Part shown: piece by piece, positions 19,701-33,182 of the stretch
How positions within the stretch are numbered: the stretch's first letter is position 1
Layout: each line of letters starts with the position of its first letter
NCBI RefSeq assembly: GCF_964204645.1
Contig: NC_134025.1
Location: 10,416,001-10,480,000, forward strand
Direction of reading: 5' to 3'
Length of the DNA: 64,000 nucleotides
DNA from: Tubulanus polymorphus
Lineage: Eukaryota; Animalia; Nemertea
Program-made: the position numbers and the translations under genes
Notes under the pieces: generated by a model
What the model was told of the DNA's origin: nothing
Database searches by the model: none
What the model saw: only the letters and a program-made list of their open reading frames with translations

Positions 19701-22700
19701 ATCTAACGCCTGCACCCAAGTGCCAAGGCGCAATATTCGTTTCTGGGGCCGATTCTGTCTAATTGGATATCATAATTCTTGAAATTATTTTTTCTACATT
19801 CATACTTCATAGAGCAGGAGCGTCGGGGTGAAAAATTCAAAGCTATCGCGCATCAAAAAGTACGAACGTCATTAAACGATAGCCAAAAGGTACCGAGACG
19901 AATGAAGTGGCCATTATTTTTCTTTTTAAGGTCACAAAAACCTTACCGATAGACGCCGAACGTAACTAGACGCCGAACAACGGTCGAGATACGGCAAGAT
20001 CGAGCCGAACGCGTCTGCGACACTGTCTTTATCTCGGCTCATTGGAAGCAAATTAACGCGTCGTACGCTTGCGGCGTAAAATGATTCGAAAAATTGCGGA
20101 ATTAGACGATCGACGCGTTTCGCCGGTCTGACAGCGGAAATCCAAGCCGTCGATGCATTAAACAGCAATTACTGGGATTTCCCTGAAGACCAGAGGCGTG
20201 AAAAGAACCTCTTTAACAGATCGCTAATTCTGTAAATGCGCAACACACGGCTTGAGTGCGATTATTTCGTCACTGCAACATCGAATAGCTTCGAAAAAAC
20301 GCGTGCTTTTCGTATGAGATACAATCCCAAATTTGTGTGCATTTTGGATTTTGTAATGGATTTCGATATTTTAAGATTAATACGTCATCTTAGCATATCG
20401 TATTCTCGAGTTTATTTACAAAAGTATAACGTTTCAGTATATGAATTCAGTATAATATACTCATATTATGAGGTTCCTCTCCCAAGAAACATTGAACCCG
20501 TAATAATGCCATGCGCGCGTGGCGCTCAGTGGGTTGAGGGAATTTAAAAAAAAAGTATATGAAATTCTACAAAAATTATGATACATTTTGCCGGATACCA
20601 GACTACATATACATTAATTAACCTAAATTTCTCAATTTACCGATGTTAGCTATTTTTGGGATTCAAAGGAATTAAACTATCTAATTAAGCAGCTAACGAA
20701 ATAGCAAATTCTATTTTGACATGTACCACTTTCCTAACTGCATATCTATCTCAGCAAAATCATAGATTTAGACATGTGTCACCAACAAACAAGAAAAGTA
20801 CATATTTAAGATGTATATATAAGTCTACGAATGATTGTTCAAACCCACGTTCGTACATAATACGTTCGATAACCGTTTAGTTTGAGCAGCACAAATAAAT
20901 GAATAAGCGATTACTTCTGCTTTGAACGAGGACGATCAATATTGATTGTTTTCCCTCCATGTTTTCATTGATTTACTAGCTACACACTATGTCAGAAAAG
21001 GCGATGACAAAGAAACATATCACGGCATCGTGAAAATATTTAGTGGTCAGGCGAAGGATGGATATTAATGAACTATGAAAATAACTTATGAATTACTAAA
21101 ACTCGTGCGGTTGTTGAGTGATTTTTCCCTTTATTCTTGATGTTATAAACTATTTGAGAACTTAATTCATTGTGGTTTCAGTGACCGAACGTACTGGCAT
21201 TTAGTTTATTTTAAGTTCATTTCAACAACACTGAGTACTTAAATCGTAACATCGTAAGACTATAAAACACAGTAAACTATCTGCGGAATTTGAGTAGCAT
21301 ATAGCAGAGATGTTCGACTCTGTGGGATTAGGCGTCATGGGGCAGCCAGGGCTAGCGGGAAGAAAGAGGAATCAGGGAGTACACAAATCGTATTAGATAC
21401 ATGTGCGATCGGGGGATTATTCGAATATGCACACGCGCCAATTCGGACTAGAACATTTCGTACGTTTGGATTCCACATGTTTACGTAAAGTAATACCCAA
21501 TAAACCCGACAAAATCTACGTATTAATGGAGGCTTAATTGTTTTCCATTTTAGCCACACGCATTCAGTAAACGTTATACGACAACATCTGCAACACACTT
21601 TTTGGAAATCAATACTGATGTCTTCGGTTAGTTATTATATCTAATGGCGGTGTTTGACTTGTTTGTTTCTTACAGACTTAGATGACTGTAGCGTAGATCG
21701 AACCGGGTTTCTACCGCCAGGCACCAGCTGCAAACGAAAAAAGAAGAAGAGACGTCACAGGTAATGATTACAATCAGATATCAAGAGTTCGTTGTCGATT
21801 AGAAATCTTCTAGTGGAGTAGCGCTGAAGTGTACATCGACTTCCGGCGGTACCGTGCATGACCAATCGATAGTAATTGGTACCAGAGATAAGATTGAAGT
21901 ACCAATTAGAGTTGCATCCCTTCTCGCCCGATGAACTCGTTGAGCACATTTTTAGCCGCTGACAAATTCTTTCCAACCGAAAATGCGTGGGAAATATCCG
22001 GTACCGTCGTGGTATATATATGTATAATCCTCTAAATACCCTTAAAGCCCTAAATACAGTTGGAATAAAGAATAACAGTGCATGTATTATTGTACCACAC
22101 AAACAAACAATAAAAAGAACGTCAGATAATTCCTTTGTGTAAAACTGATTTTAGATTAGAGCCTGTAAACACCAGAGTGAATACGTTTTTTCTTCATCCG
22201 CATCCAATTATTGGCCGTAAATCCGATCTGATTGAAGTTCATTCTGATCTAGCTATGTATCTGTGCATTTGCCTAAACGAAATGAATGCTTCTGATCATT
22301 GTTTATCTCTTTGAGTACAATATCCTTTACGATATCATTTCATTTTCAAGGACAATCTTTACGAGTTACCAACTGGAGGAATTGGAAAAGGCGTTCAAAG
22401 ATGCTCATTATCCCGACGTGTACGCGAGGGAGGTTTTGTCTCTGAAAACCGATCTACCAGAAGACCGTATACAGGTAAAAATTGTTCACAATTGATTGAA
22501 ATAGTTTTGTCTGCGCTAGCGTTTCCGAACGAGCCTCAACGTAACTTCACGAAATGGCTAGGTTTACGAACAGTGCTCGACCTTTTCGTAAAAATCCGGT
22601 ATTTTCTCGTTTCGGAAGATGCACCCGATTCCCACGAATACCGAGAAATCTTAACCCCCCGCACTGTTGCACACGACCCCCGGGTTAGAACACAGACACA

Positions 22701-25700
22701 TCACGAATACCAGAGAATATCTCTAAAGCATCGGGATTACATGAGTAACATTAAGTGCATCTGGAATGCTTTAATGGACTAATCCATGTTCATATAAATC
22801 GATGATTGTTATTAACTCTGCTATTATGCTGTAATTTGGACGCTTGGTGGCCATATTGAATTACTATGGTGCGCACGATTTGATGCAGCTTTGATTCAAA
22901 ATCAACCAATTAATTTTGTATTACGTTACTGTTACAAACACGTATTTCACCTGAGTTTATAGGCTGAATATCATGAAATATTTTCCCACAACAAGAGGCT
23001 GAATGCCCATAATTTTTTTGGGAAATTGTCTTATTGTAATATCACTTGGTTAAGATATTCTGTTATGACGTATCCCATTCCCAATTTCCGATTTCAATGC
23101 AACGTATCTCCAATTGGTTCATTCATTATATTCGTTAATACACATCTAAAAAGCCAATTTCAGCATTGACCTGCGAAGCTGTCTTGTGAGTGAACTTCGG
23201 TTCATCCCAAAAAATCGTGGCGTCTTTTACATTTCGATTTGAAGGGGTAAATAAGTGCGTGTTTTCTCAGTTTTGTTATCTTATCGAAATCTAAATCTCG
23301 CTTCGAACATAATTTCTCGCAATTTTATACCCGGGCATCCGATTGTCGCATTCGGACGCGATCTTCATTACAAATTTTATCAGGGATAGACGTATAATTT
23401 TCTCAGTATGCAAGTAAAACGTATCGTTACAGTCGTATTGCGCTGTTAACGATTGGTTTTTGAAAAAAATGTTCGCCATTGAGAACTTGCGCTTTGTTAA
23501 GTTATTGGATTGATTGTCAACTTGTGGCTGACGTATTTGGGCCGTATTAGCGGAGCTGTGTGTCGGAGTAGTCCACCTGTAGAGGACGAGACGAGGGCCT
23601 CCCGGGAGCACAACAGTTACGGAGACTAACGAATTAGACTGCCATATAGAAATGTCTGTCAATTTGACGATTTGAAAAGAACATTCTTTTCTGCGACGCA
23701 TAACCATTAATAAACCGAACAATTAGGAGGTTATTATCTCAGTGTGACTCTTCGTCGAGGTCCTTCGTGGTTGTACATTTTTGACTCCGGTTTAATAGCT
23801 AATAACGTACGGTGTGATCCAATTATAATGACATTCGTGTACATTCGCCATAATCCGGACGTTCTCGTCATGCAATGTCTTTTCTTCCCGATTTTCAATC
23901 AGAGCTATTCACAAACATGCCAACAACCTCTCTCTAACCGTTAAGAGAGATAACAGTTCAGCATAAAGGACCCGGGATGACCAGGTGGAGGATTTTGTGC
24001 ACGATATTTCCATATTCCTACACCTTTTGACTCCGTTTGAATTAATTCTCAAGCTTGTTAGTAGGTTTCAATGGATAATCACCAGTCAGCTAGTTGGTGC
24101 TTATTACTGACCAATTTGGACTGGAGCCTTTGTCGTCCCTCCCACCGGTCTTCATTTTGAAAAATGAACAATGCCCAAACACGCGCGGGACAGTCAGTAA
24201 TTGTGTGCTTGGTGCACATTTGAAAAAGCTGTTTGTTCCCGAGAGCATATTTAGTGGCAAATAATATCATGATTATATGATGTCAAAATTTTTGCATCGG
24301 TCGGTCCGTCCATCTGTAGACACTATTATTTTGACTTAGAATGTTTCATCCAGTCAGAGTTGTTTGGGCCTATTTTTAGCTGTAAAAATAATAGTCCGAG
24401 ATGTTTCATACCATCTCTATGAAAGGCTAGAATAGTATTCAAACCCATTCCTAAGGAATATTAATCCATGGAGGCTATTTGTGCGGAACCCTTTCGTTTG
24501 GGGCCATCTTTCAGCTCTATGTCTATGTGCCGAAGTAAATATTTCATTGGGCCACGCTCGCTCCTATGGCCACTTCATGGCCACATACCGCCTCTGTCCT
24601 TGTTATCCCGTTACATGCCCTGAGGGGAGCGTAAGGTACGGCTCGATGCAACGGTAATTTATCGAAGGCCTCTGGCGATTGCCCGACGCACAATGTGAAA
24701 ATGGCCGTCATTAAATTGCGATGTTTTGGGTGTCGATTTATCAACATTATTCGTCGTTGATAATATGATATTGTCATAAACGACGCAAATAACGGTATCA
24801 GACATCATGTCGTTTTGTTTGTTCCGACCATCGTACTCGGCTCGGCAACCGAAGCGAAAATTGCTTCTACAAACACCTATTTCTTGTTAACTATATATGC
24901 ACTAAACGGGACAAGCAACGAAGCCGAAAGGTGCGAATTCACCATCTACTTATTAACGTTTATTTGATAGGACATTTAAGGAAGAATCATTTAATTGCGC
25001 GAAAAGTCAGTCAGGTGTTTAAAGCTCATCATCCGACAATTTTCCAGCCAATGATATACGCACGCTGGTATCTTGGTTATGTTCGTTTTATCGAGGATTC
25101 GTCGATAACTGAAAAGCGGGCTGATTTCCGGTTACCGTACTACACGGGGGATAAAGCTATAATGCGTAACTGACTACAAGTGCATTAGTTTCCTTGGTGT
25201 GGAAGTTTCATCTATACATGGAAAATCAAATCCAAAAATTGTGAAATCTCTCGATGAATGACAGTAAATCGTGATCAATTCCCACAGAGCTTAACTATAT
25301 TATCTTATCTGAAGAGCTATATAGTATGTGCTTCATAGAATAACCTTTTGTCGCGGAAAGTGGCATTAATTCCTCTCAGAGGGTTTTTAATTGCTGTATT
25401 CGGAACTTAATACGTCAATCAAACACTTCACTCACTTTGTTTCCTATATGCATATACATATATAGTCAGGTATCGATAAAATAAAGCATTAATTTCATAA
25501 GTAAACAAAATGACAGCGCGGATGAAGCGTTGCGAATGTCCTATACTGCGAGTATCGCGTGTTAGCGACGTAAATAGCGCCGAGTTTTTTGAACCGTTAC
25601 GGCTTTCAATGTCTCAACATGACTCTCGACGATAGCACAGAGGGGGGAAGCCTCGCTGAAAAGTGTGCTGAAACAAAGCTAAACGTACCCAATGGCCTGG

Positions 25701-27732
25701 TCGCATGAATGGTGTCCCCATGGAAATCGGTGAATAGAAATTCGGTGTATGTATACTCTCCTTGGCGAGGTGCGTGAAAAGAAACATATGCTGCTCAAGA
25801 TGGCGACTCGTGAAAACAAGAATCTCTATAAAATCGCTTTTGTCGTGTCGATGTTATTTGTGGGAAAGCATTAGGCCGAGCACTGTCGAGTATTGATATA
25901 GTTTGATATATTGATACAATGACTAAAAGACAAACAAACCGAAGAAAGCTTATCATTGAGAATTTCCGAAGGGCAGTGCGACATCCTATCCAGAATCGAT
26001 GACTTTTCATAGTGGCGGTGGAGAAATCTGACGTCGTCGTTGTTTTATGGTAGAAAATCTAGTCGAATTTCGATTTAAGGGTGGATTCGTATTCAATAGA
26101 GCCAATTTAAGCTTGAATTCAAGATGAATTTAGAAACCAGCCAACCAGTATCACAGGGAACCGGATACGCGGCAGCCTCGGGAGCAACATCGTCGGAACA
26201 AAGCATCTAGACATCAAACGTCACTCGTCCGTATCGTATTACGAAATTGGCCTTCTTATTTCCCATGCCCTGCGTAGCTTATTCGATGAAATATTGTAAT
26301 ATTAGTGAAAAAGTAAAAAGCTGAATTGAAAACGCTGTTCCGAATCAAAACAGCTAACAGAAAATCAATTTCCGGTTATAGATATTCTTCCGGTACAATA
26401 AAAGCGTGGCTGTCATAACGATTTTCTGTTTGCCATTTTGAAAAACGGATTTATCGCACTTTCGAACGTGAAAACGTAAAATCCTCGGCTCCATTTAAAT
26501 GTCGATGCTTCCTCATGCGGGCTTGAGGAGCCTTTCTTTATTTCGCACGGAGAAACTGATCTTCGAATGGAGAAAAATAAATCTATGGCTGTGTGTGTGT
26601 GTGTCTATTATTTTATATGGGTTAATTATCATAGATAACACATGCGTTTGAAACGATGACCCGTTTTACGCCAACAATCAATATATAGTTCGAGTGCGTT
26701 GCATTGATTATCTAAGTGCATTTTTTAAATACGGGCTAAGCTTAACCCTTAAATAACATCATTTCTACATCGCGATGGCCCCATTGAATTTTTAATGGAT
26801 TGAATGGTTTACATGCATAGATGTTCCCATAAAGAGAACTATCATTAATGGCGTTGTTTTTAAATTTGTCTAATTCGTATAGGTCTGGTACCAAAATCGA
26901 AGGGCGAAATGGCGTAAGACGGAGAAAAAGTGGGGCAAAAGCAGCATAATGGCCGAGTATGGTCTGTATGGTGCGATGGTCCGCCACTCGTTGCCCCTTC
27001 CTGAAACTATACTCAAAGCTGCTTCTAGCGATGAAGAAAAAGACTGTGCTCCATGGTTATTAGGTAAGATATGTTGAATATTTTCGACGCCGTAAAAATC
27101 GTTATAATAATGTTTACATGCATTGATATCTATTTAGCGTTATATGAGGGGTTCTGTGCGAATCGATGTGCACTACGTCATCAAAAGTGACATTTGAAAA
27201 TAACCATTATACAATATCAAATTTTGCCGTTTATTTTGTAATTAGATATATTTCATGACTCTTATTCAATTTTTGATAAATTTTGATAATCATTTTCGGG
27301 AGGATTGCGTCATCAATAAATCGGGGCTAGACTGGTTGCCGGTCAATTCAATTCAATCGATACAAGATACACATCCTTCACATTGGAATAGATAACGCGT
27401 CGGCCATATTGCATTGAAATCTTGGAGATACGAAATATGATGAATATCATAATTTTTCGTTTTGACGATCATATTTCTATATGTAATGTCTATTAATTCC
27501 AGGGATGCATCGAAAATCATTGGAGGCGTCCGAAAAACTAAAGGAAGTGGACGGCGATAGCAGCAGCGAGAGTCCGGTCAAAGAGAAGGGCGATTTCAAA
27601 TCGGAAAGCATCGCCATTCTGAGAGCTAAAGCCCAGGAACACAGCGCTAAAGTGCAGGAGGCATTGCATCACGGCGGCCCATCTCATAAAGACGATCCCT
27701 TGGCTTCGTTAACGTCGACGCTAACGAGCTGA
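13789..27732 (+). CDS. Vsx: Visual system homeobox protein (Vsx/Chx10/ceh-10 family), paralogue A
   Basis: Exons: 13789-14203 (eh1 [11 protein letters not shown]), 21676-21760 ([10 protein letters not shown]), 22351-22474 ([41 protein letters not shown]), 26883-27063 ([15 protein letters not shown] plus CVC domain [30 protein letters not shown]), 27503-27732 (MHRKS; [17 protein letters not shown]; TGA). All introns are GT-AG and in phase. Exons 2 and 4 are absent from the ORF track. Confidence 0.95.
15431..15545. mobile_element. Short palindromic MITE (CCAGTTCCACA TIR family), copy 2, in Vsx-A intron 1
   Basis: CATGGACCCAGTTCCACAGTT ... AATTGTGGAACTGGACCATG; inverted relative to 8146-8240. 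Confidence 0.8.
16258..16680 (+). repeat. Dispersed repeat family (about 300-400 bp), copy 1
   Basis: Shares blocks ACGCCGTAAAA, GCACTAYGTCATC, TATTGGCGTTTCGAAATAACAATTT and ATCGGGGCTAGACTGGTTGCCGGTCA with the copies at 27086 and/or 36609. Boundaries are approximate. Confidence 0.75.
26591..26604. repeat. (GT)7 microsatellite
   Basis: Read directly from the sequence. Confidence 0.8.
27086..27352 (+). repeat. Dispersed repeat family, copy 2 (Vsx-A intron 4)
   Basis: GACGCCGTAAAA...GTGCACTACGTCATCA...ATCGGGGCTAGACTGGTTGCCGGTCA, matching the 16258 copy. Confidence 0.75.
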
Positions 27733-28921
27733 TATACGAACGTTTGGCCAGTGTGAATTCTGGGGGAATCATGTGCAATTCGAAGAAAAAGTGAACAATA
27801 CGGGAGTAACGCTGGCTCTAATTCTTATGTTTTTAACGTCAAATGGCTGGTGAAACATCAGGTTTTCGTCGTTCAGGAAGATGTTGTTGAGATAAGTAAC
27901 TTAAACCGAGTCGCGAAATTCTACTTCCTGTTTATCTAACAAACGTTGTGTAATATCTATACCATTGCAGTATCCATGACAAGTGGTCGCGTATATAACT
28001 GTCAACAAAGATGCATTTTCCATGAACATGTAGAGATAGGGCCTGCTGGGCGTAAAGAAATCGTCTCATAATGAGCATTTTTGTTGCATTTTGGTCGTTG
28101 AAATATATACATATATATAGTGATGTGTTCAGATAGTTGTAAATATTCTTTAAGCTTTATTTTGTGTAAAAGCCGTGTTACAGCACAAATTTTTCCAGTA
28201 CAGAAATTTGCTCAGTAGCGAAGATAAGCAAGCTAATCAAAAACCTTTACTTGTGTAAGCTATCATACATATCATAGTATATTTGTACCTGAAAACAATG
28301 CTCATCAATACGGTAAAAACTGCCTGGGGATATATATAGGGTTGTAATTGTAGATGCTTTAAATGGGATTTAGTCATAGACTTTAGAGAAGTCTTCCTTT
28401 TCTATAGTCTGCTAATCACTCGATAAGTCATTTTCTTATTCACATGTGGAATGGCTAGCTCCTCTTGGTGTTTTGCGTATTGTGATGAGATGATACTGAG
28501 ACACTGCACCTAAAATGTTAAACATTACGTTAAGTAAAAGCACTTTATTACTGTATCAAAAATGTAAAAATGAATTAATTTAATCTCTAAAATGCCATAT
28601 ATATATTTTGGCTCTCTGTTTATAATGTTTAAATATCACAAATCGGGGTTTGTTTGGCCCCATACGGCACTGTCAATTCGATGTCCCTCTCAATGGGAAT
28701 TTTGCGAAATGAAGAAAAAATTCTCGAATTTGTAATTCAAAATAAATTGACTTATCATTCTCTATGTATCGGAACATCATGTATATATCGGCTTAAATGG
28801 CAGTCCAATCACAATTGGTTATACATTCTAAGTTTTTTTTGTTGTATACACGGGTAAAATATATTACGTAATCTGTATGTTATGTGCCTATGCCCATTCA
28901 ATCAGTGTATTGGGATCGAAG

Positions 28922-28951
28922 AATAAAAAACCAATGAAATGAACAAATAAA
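28922..28951 (+). terminator. Candidate poly(A) signals of Vsx-A (implies a 3' UTR of about 1.2 kb)
   Basis: Two AATAAA hexamers (28922, 28946) at the end of an AU-rich tract, followed by a GT-rich stretch at about 28990-29010. Confidence 0.4.
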
Positions 28952-29917
28952 TGGAAAAATAAATGATATCTGGATATTTAAAAGAATCTTTGAGTTGTTT
29001 TATGTTGATGAGGCTTATCATAGTGGGAAGTTGGTTTATGGATATCGGAAACGGAGGTTTAGACTACAATATACGGGTATTATCCAAGATAAGTGTGTAA
29101 ACGTAGATTTAGGATATCATGAGGAAGAGATTTAGACTATAACGACCACCGGATTGGAATATCAATATCAGGTAGCTGAATAACCAATAATCAGAAGCTA
29201 TTTAAGGCAAAGCTATCGGGTTTCTAGTGCTGCAACCGATCCTCAGGATAGCGACTGGCTGTTTCCGTAGGGTATGACGCTAATGCGAGATGACGGTCGT
29301 ACGCCATTGTCAAATAATTTGCTCATTAAATCCTGTAGATCACAGCACTTTGAGCAATCTAATGAGTTTAATTGGCGTTCGTCCATTGTGAATGAAATGC
29401 GCCGTCGCGTAGGCAAGCCCGGCTTATACCGGTGTTTCAAATGATCCATATAATTTGAAACCACCCTGGACTTCTTGACTCCGGATAGAATTGCACATAC
29501 CCGCAGCGATACCCACTATGCGCAGTACAAATGTATTTCACCGTGCTACCACTCCTATTGTGTTGCCAGTGACATGGTCACCTGAAATCTCAGAACGTTT
29601 GGGTTAGGATTTTCCATGCGGCTTAGGTCAGCACGAACCGCTAACGAAAATTGTCGGCGAATTCATCACTTGCATTCTACCCCATTGTAATCGATAAACG
29701 ATTTCAACGGTACGCAAGCTTTATGGGACGATAAGAACCAATGATGAAACAGCGGCGAGGTTTGAGTGAGAAGTTAAATGGTTACATTTCCGGTTCTAAT
29801 TGAAATAGAAAATTGAAAAAAAACATTTCCAATAATCATCTACTCAGACTTAAAACGTTTGCCCAATGTTATAACCGTACAATGACATCTTAACCACGAT
29901 ACGGAATTGATCAAGTG

Positions 29918-30250
29918 CGTGCCGAGCTTTTTTTAGGGGCAGTTCTATTTCTAGAAAAACGGCACATTTTAACAGTGAAAAAGGGCGCGTTCCCTATTGA
30001 AAAAGGAAACATCTTATGATTTTTTTCCGATAACCTTTACTTAAACAATGTATCATTACAATTTTGATGACGTTAAATCTAAAACATTCATCTCCAATAT
30101 TCAGCTATATCATACAAGTAATTGAACATTTTAACGGAATTGATTACTTTCCATTTTCCAAAATAAAAACACCAGATTATCCACACTGACTTTTTGAAGG
30201 AACCTTTTAGGGTATTTGTTCGCTACCCCCAAACCCCCTCTCTCGGCACG
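29918..30250. mobile_element. Probable MITE
   Basis: TIR CGTGCCGAG / CTCGGCACG around an AT-rich core with AGGGC/CCCT-type subterminal motifs. Confidence 0.5.
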
Positions 30251-31427
30251 GGCCAGCTGGGTCCGGTTTTATTTCAGTTAGCCTGTTTTGCCGCGAATGA
30301 GGCACCGACATCGATCGCAGCGAAATGGAAACTGGATACACTGCGTGTTACATTATTTTTTCCGCTTTTGCACGAAAAGATTCGTTTTTCCGGGCAAAAA
30401 ACCCTATCGAAATACACGAAATGATAATCAAATTCCGTTCTTTAAGATAAGATCGAGTACCTTGTCTACGTGTATGGACAGTCAATGGATATGTTTTCAT
30501 ACGCGTACGAAATCCGGGGAGGCAGCTTGATTCCCTTTCTGATATTTACATTGCCGCTCGAATATAAACGATTCGACATGTTCCCGTCCCACAGAACGCG
30601 CTCGTATTAAATATTTCCCGTGTTGTTATTAGGTCTGAAATTTGCATTAGCTCGGCTTTTTGCGTTGCGAAAACAATCTAATCAAAGGCGTTCTTTCGCA
30701 GATGACTATATCGCTGCGAAGGGGCCTCATATCGTTGCGAGAGCTTGTCACCTCGCGCTGTTGTGAACTCGGCGCAATTGCCTTGATTAGGACTTACTGA
30801 AATTAAAAGTTTACAAAAATCATGCTCTAGCACTATTTTCAGATGGTTAATTAGTTTTTCCACACGGGCAAACCTGATCTTTATGCTTATCTAACTAGGA
30901 ATAAGTAGCTCGCGCCGGCGGCATAGAGTTAGTTATGTCTTAATTACCGGTACCGCGTCACGTATCCGAGTCGAATACTCTCGCGATTTGCGGCGTATTA
31001 ACACGGCCCCGCAGCCGAGGACGCTACCGTCTCCCGTCCACCAGCAAAAATCCGTCAGCACCCGCGGCGACGATTCTCCTAATCAGCCCTTACAAAAGAA
31101 TGAAGATCCTACTAACCGACGGCTAAATGTCCATTGAAAAGAAGTAATTAGACGTCAATTTCCGAATCTTTCATTTGAAATAGAAAAAAATAACTGAAAC
31201 CTTCAGTACAGTCTTCTGACGGTGTATAAAACGAACGAGCAATCGACTCGCTCAAAGGGTGAATCATAGATGCTTTTATATCACCGTGATTACAGGAGTA
31301 GACGATTGCAGAGTCTTGTAGTATAACAGGTCATCAGCCTGTTTTTCAAACAGTCGACAGATCGTGCAACGCAGAGAGTATATAGCTAAAAAGAGAAGCA
31401 CAGCTCGGAACTCGGTAAGGCCAATAT

Positions 31428-31719
31428 CAGGGGCGAATCTAGGGTCCAAAGGAAATTGAGTGCCCACTGAAATTTAGGGCATTTTCCTAAACTTCGCTGC
31501 AATTACGTTGTTCACATACACAATGATGTTGTAGATCTTCTAGAATTGGTGAAACAGTTAATTGCCACAAAAATTGTGGTATTTTTTCAGTTGTTCAATC
31601 ATAAATTTGATCCTTATTCAGAAAATGTTCAGTCCGAAATATTTGAGGATGGAACTTTAAGGGACCTCACAATTTTAGGGAAGGTGTCCGCACCCCCATG
31701 GACCCTGGATCCACCACTG
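31428..31719. mobile_element. hAT-like MITE
   Basis: 21-bp imperfect TIR CAGGGGCGAATCTAGGGTCCA / TGGACCCTGGATCCACCACTG. The flanks GCCAATAT and GACAAAAT match 6/8, consistent with a decayed 8-bp TSD. Confidence 0.7.
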
Positions 31720-32963
31720 GACAAAATACAGAATTATTCAACGTTTCAGCTTCTAATGAATTGCTTTAGCTGAATCTCCTGCGTCATGGAAACTACACAC
31801 AAGTTGCTAAGGTGCTATGAGATAAACAAATTGCAAAAGAATGCATAGATTATTTTCTTAAAATAAATTTCCAAAATTCTGCTTTCAAGTTAGCATTGGA
31901 TCGAACTAAGTGGCGAAAAAGACACGCCGTTCGGAAGGCCGATCGAGTTCAATTAAATTCAATCATAATTTATTACCCTAACTTGGTCCGTTTTATTGCA
32001 AATCTTGGTTGCAAATGTGATTTTGAAACATCTTTATCCGGCCCACGAGAGTTATCGGGCACCGCCTGAAATTTGTATATATAAACGTATCAGTTCTTTG
32101 AATCACGCAAGAGCGAAGTGCGAACCAAATTATGAGACTTAAAAATGAGCTAGTCGAGAAACCGAAACCACGAATATAAACACTATAGCTGTTCCCAGGA
32201 AAATCTAGTACAGAAAAAATGTCGGATATGTTATCATTCATACCCATCACCGGATCGTTGTATGTGTACAGTATATAGACCTATTCATATCTAGTTTTGA
32301 TTATCGTTCGAAAAACAAGCGAGCGATTTAATCGATTGATGAATCTGAAACATCAACGGACGGCGGCAACTGCGGCAAAGACGCGGCAAATATTTGGAAT
32401 CTTCAAGAAAATACTGGCGAAATTGTATTGTAGTTTTTGTCGACCCTGCAGAAATATCCATTTTCTCATCCAACGGAGCTCTGACAACGAGGATGCCACT
32501 AATGTGGCGAGTGAGAATCCACTAGGTTCGCCAGCGCATGGTCGAAAGCCCCGGTCTAAAGCAGACGAAAAGCGGATACTTTATTCAAATTTCATGCGGT
32601 TATTCATTTCCCTGTGGAGATAGAAGAAATAGCTAATAGATCTCATGATACAGTGCAAAACACTCATCTATTCTACACTATCGAGTTAGAAGCAAAATGA
32701 ATTAATACGAGCGTTCAAAATCGCGTCCAGTGGTCAGTGGCTGGTAATTAGTGAAAACTGCAGTCAGAACTCGATTGTATCATGTCTGAACTTCCGGTCA
32801 CGAGCGATAATTACGTTCTAATTAAAATGAGACGACGCATCCTGCTCTCGGCTAACTGACGCTCGAAACGTAGTTATATAGAATTGTACATTATAAATAT
32901 GCGAGAACTTAAGTGTAAGCCGGCTGAAACTGTTCAAAAACTGGTGTTACGGTTCGACAGCCA

Positions 32964-33182
32964 CGGTGAACTTTTTTTTGGTTTTCGTAGCTAGCCGACT
33001 GGTGATCGGAACTAATAACCGAACGCACTATGGTTCGGTCGTAAGGCGATTCACAGTGTCGGCCATCTTGGAACATGGTCCGAACTAAAGCGACCGTGCT
33101 CAATTCCGTGGTTGACTGTTTACGGACCAATTTGCAAATAGTCGACAACTCCGATAACCGAAGTTCTCCCATGATGTCAAAA
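32964..33182. mobile_element. MITE-like repeat upstream of Vsx-B (inverted copy of 43181-43432)
   Basis: GGTTTTCGTAGCTAGCCGACTGGTGATCGGAACTAATAACCG ... GATAACCGAAGTTCTCC..GATGTCAAA matches the reverse complement of the 43.2-43.4 kb element. Confidence 0.75.
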
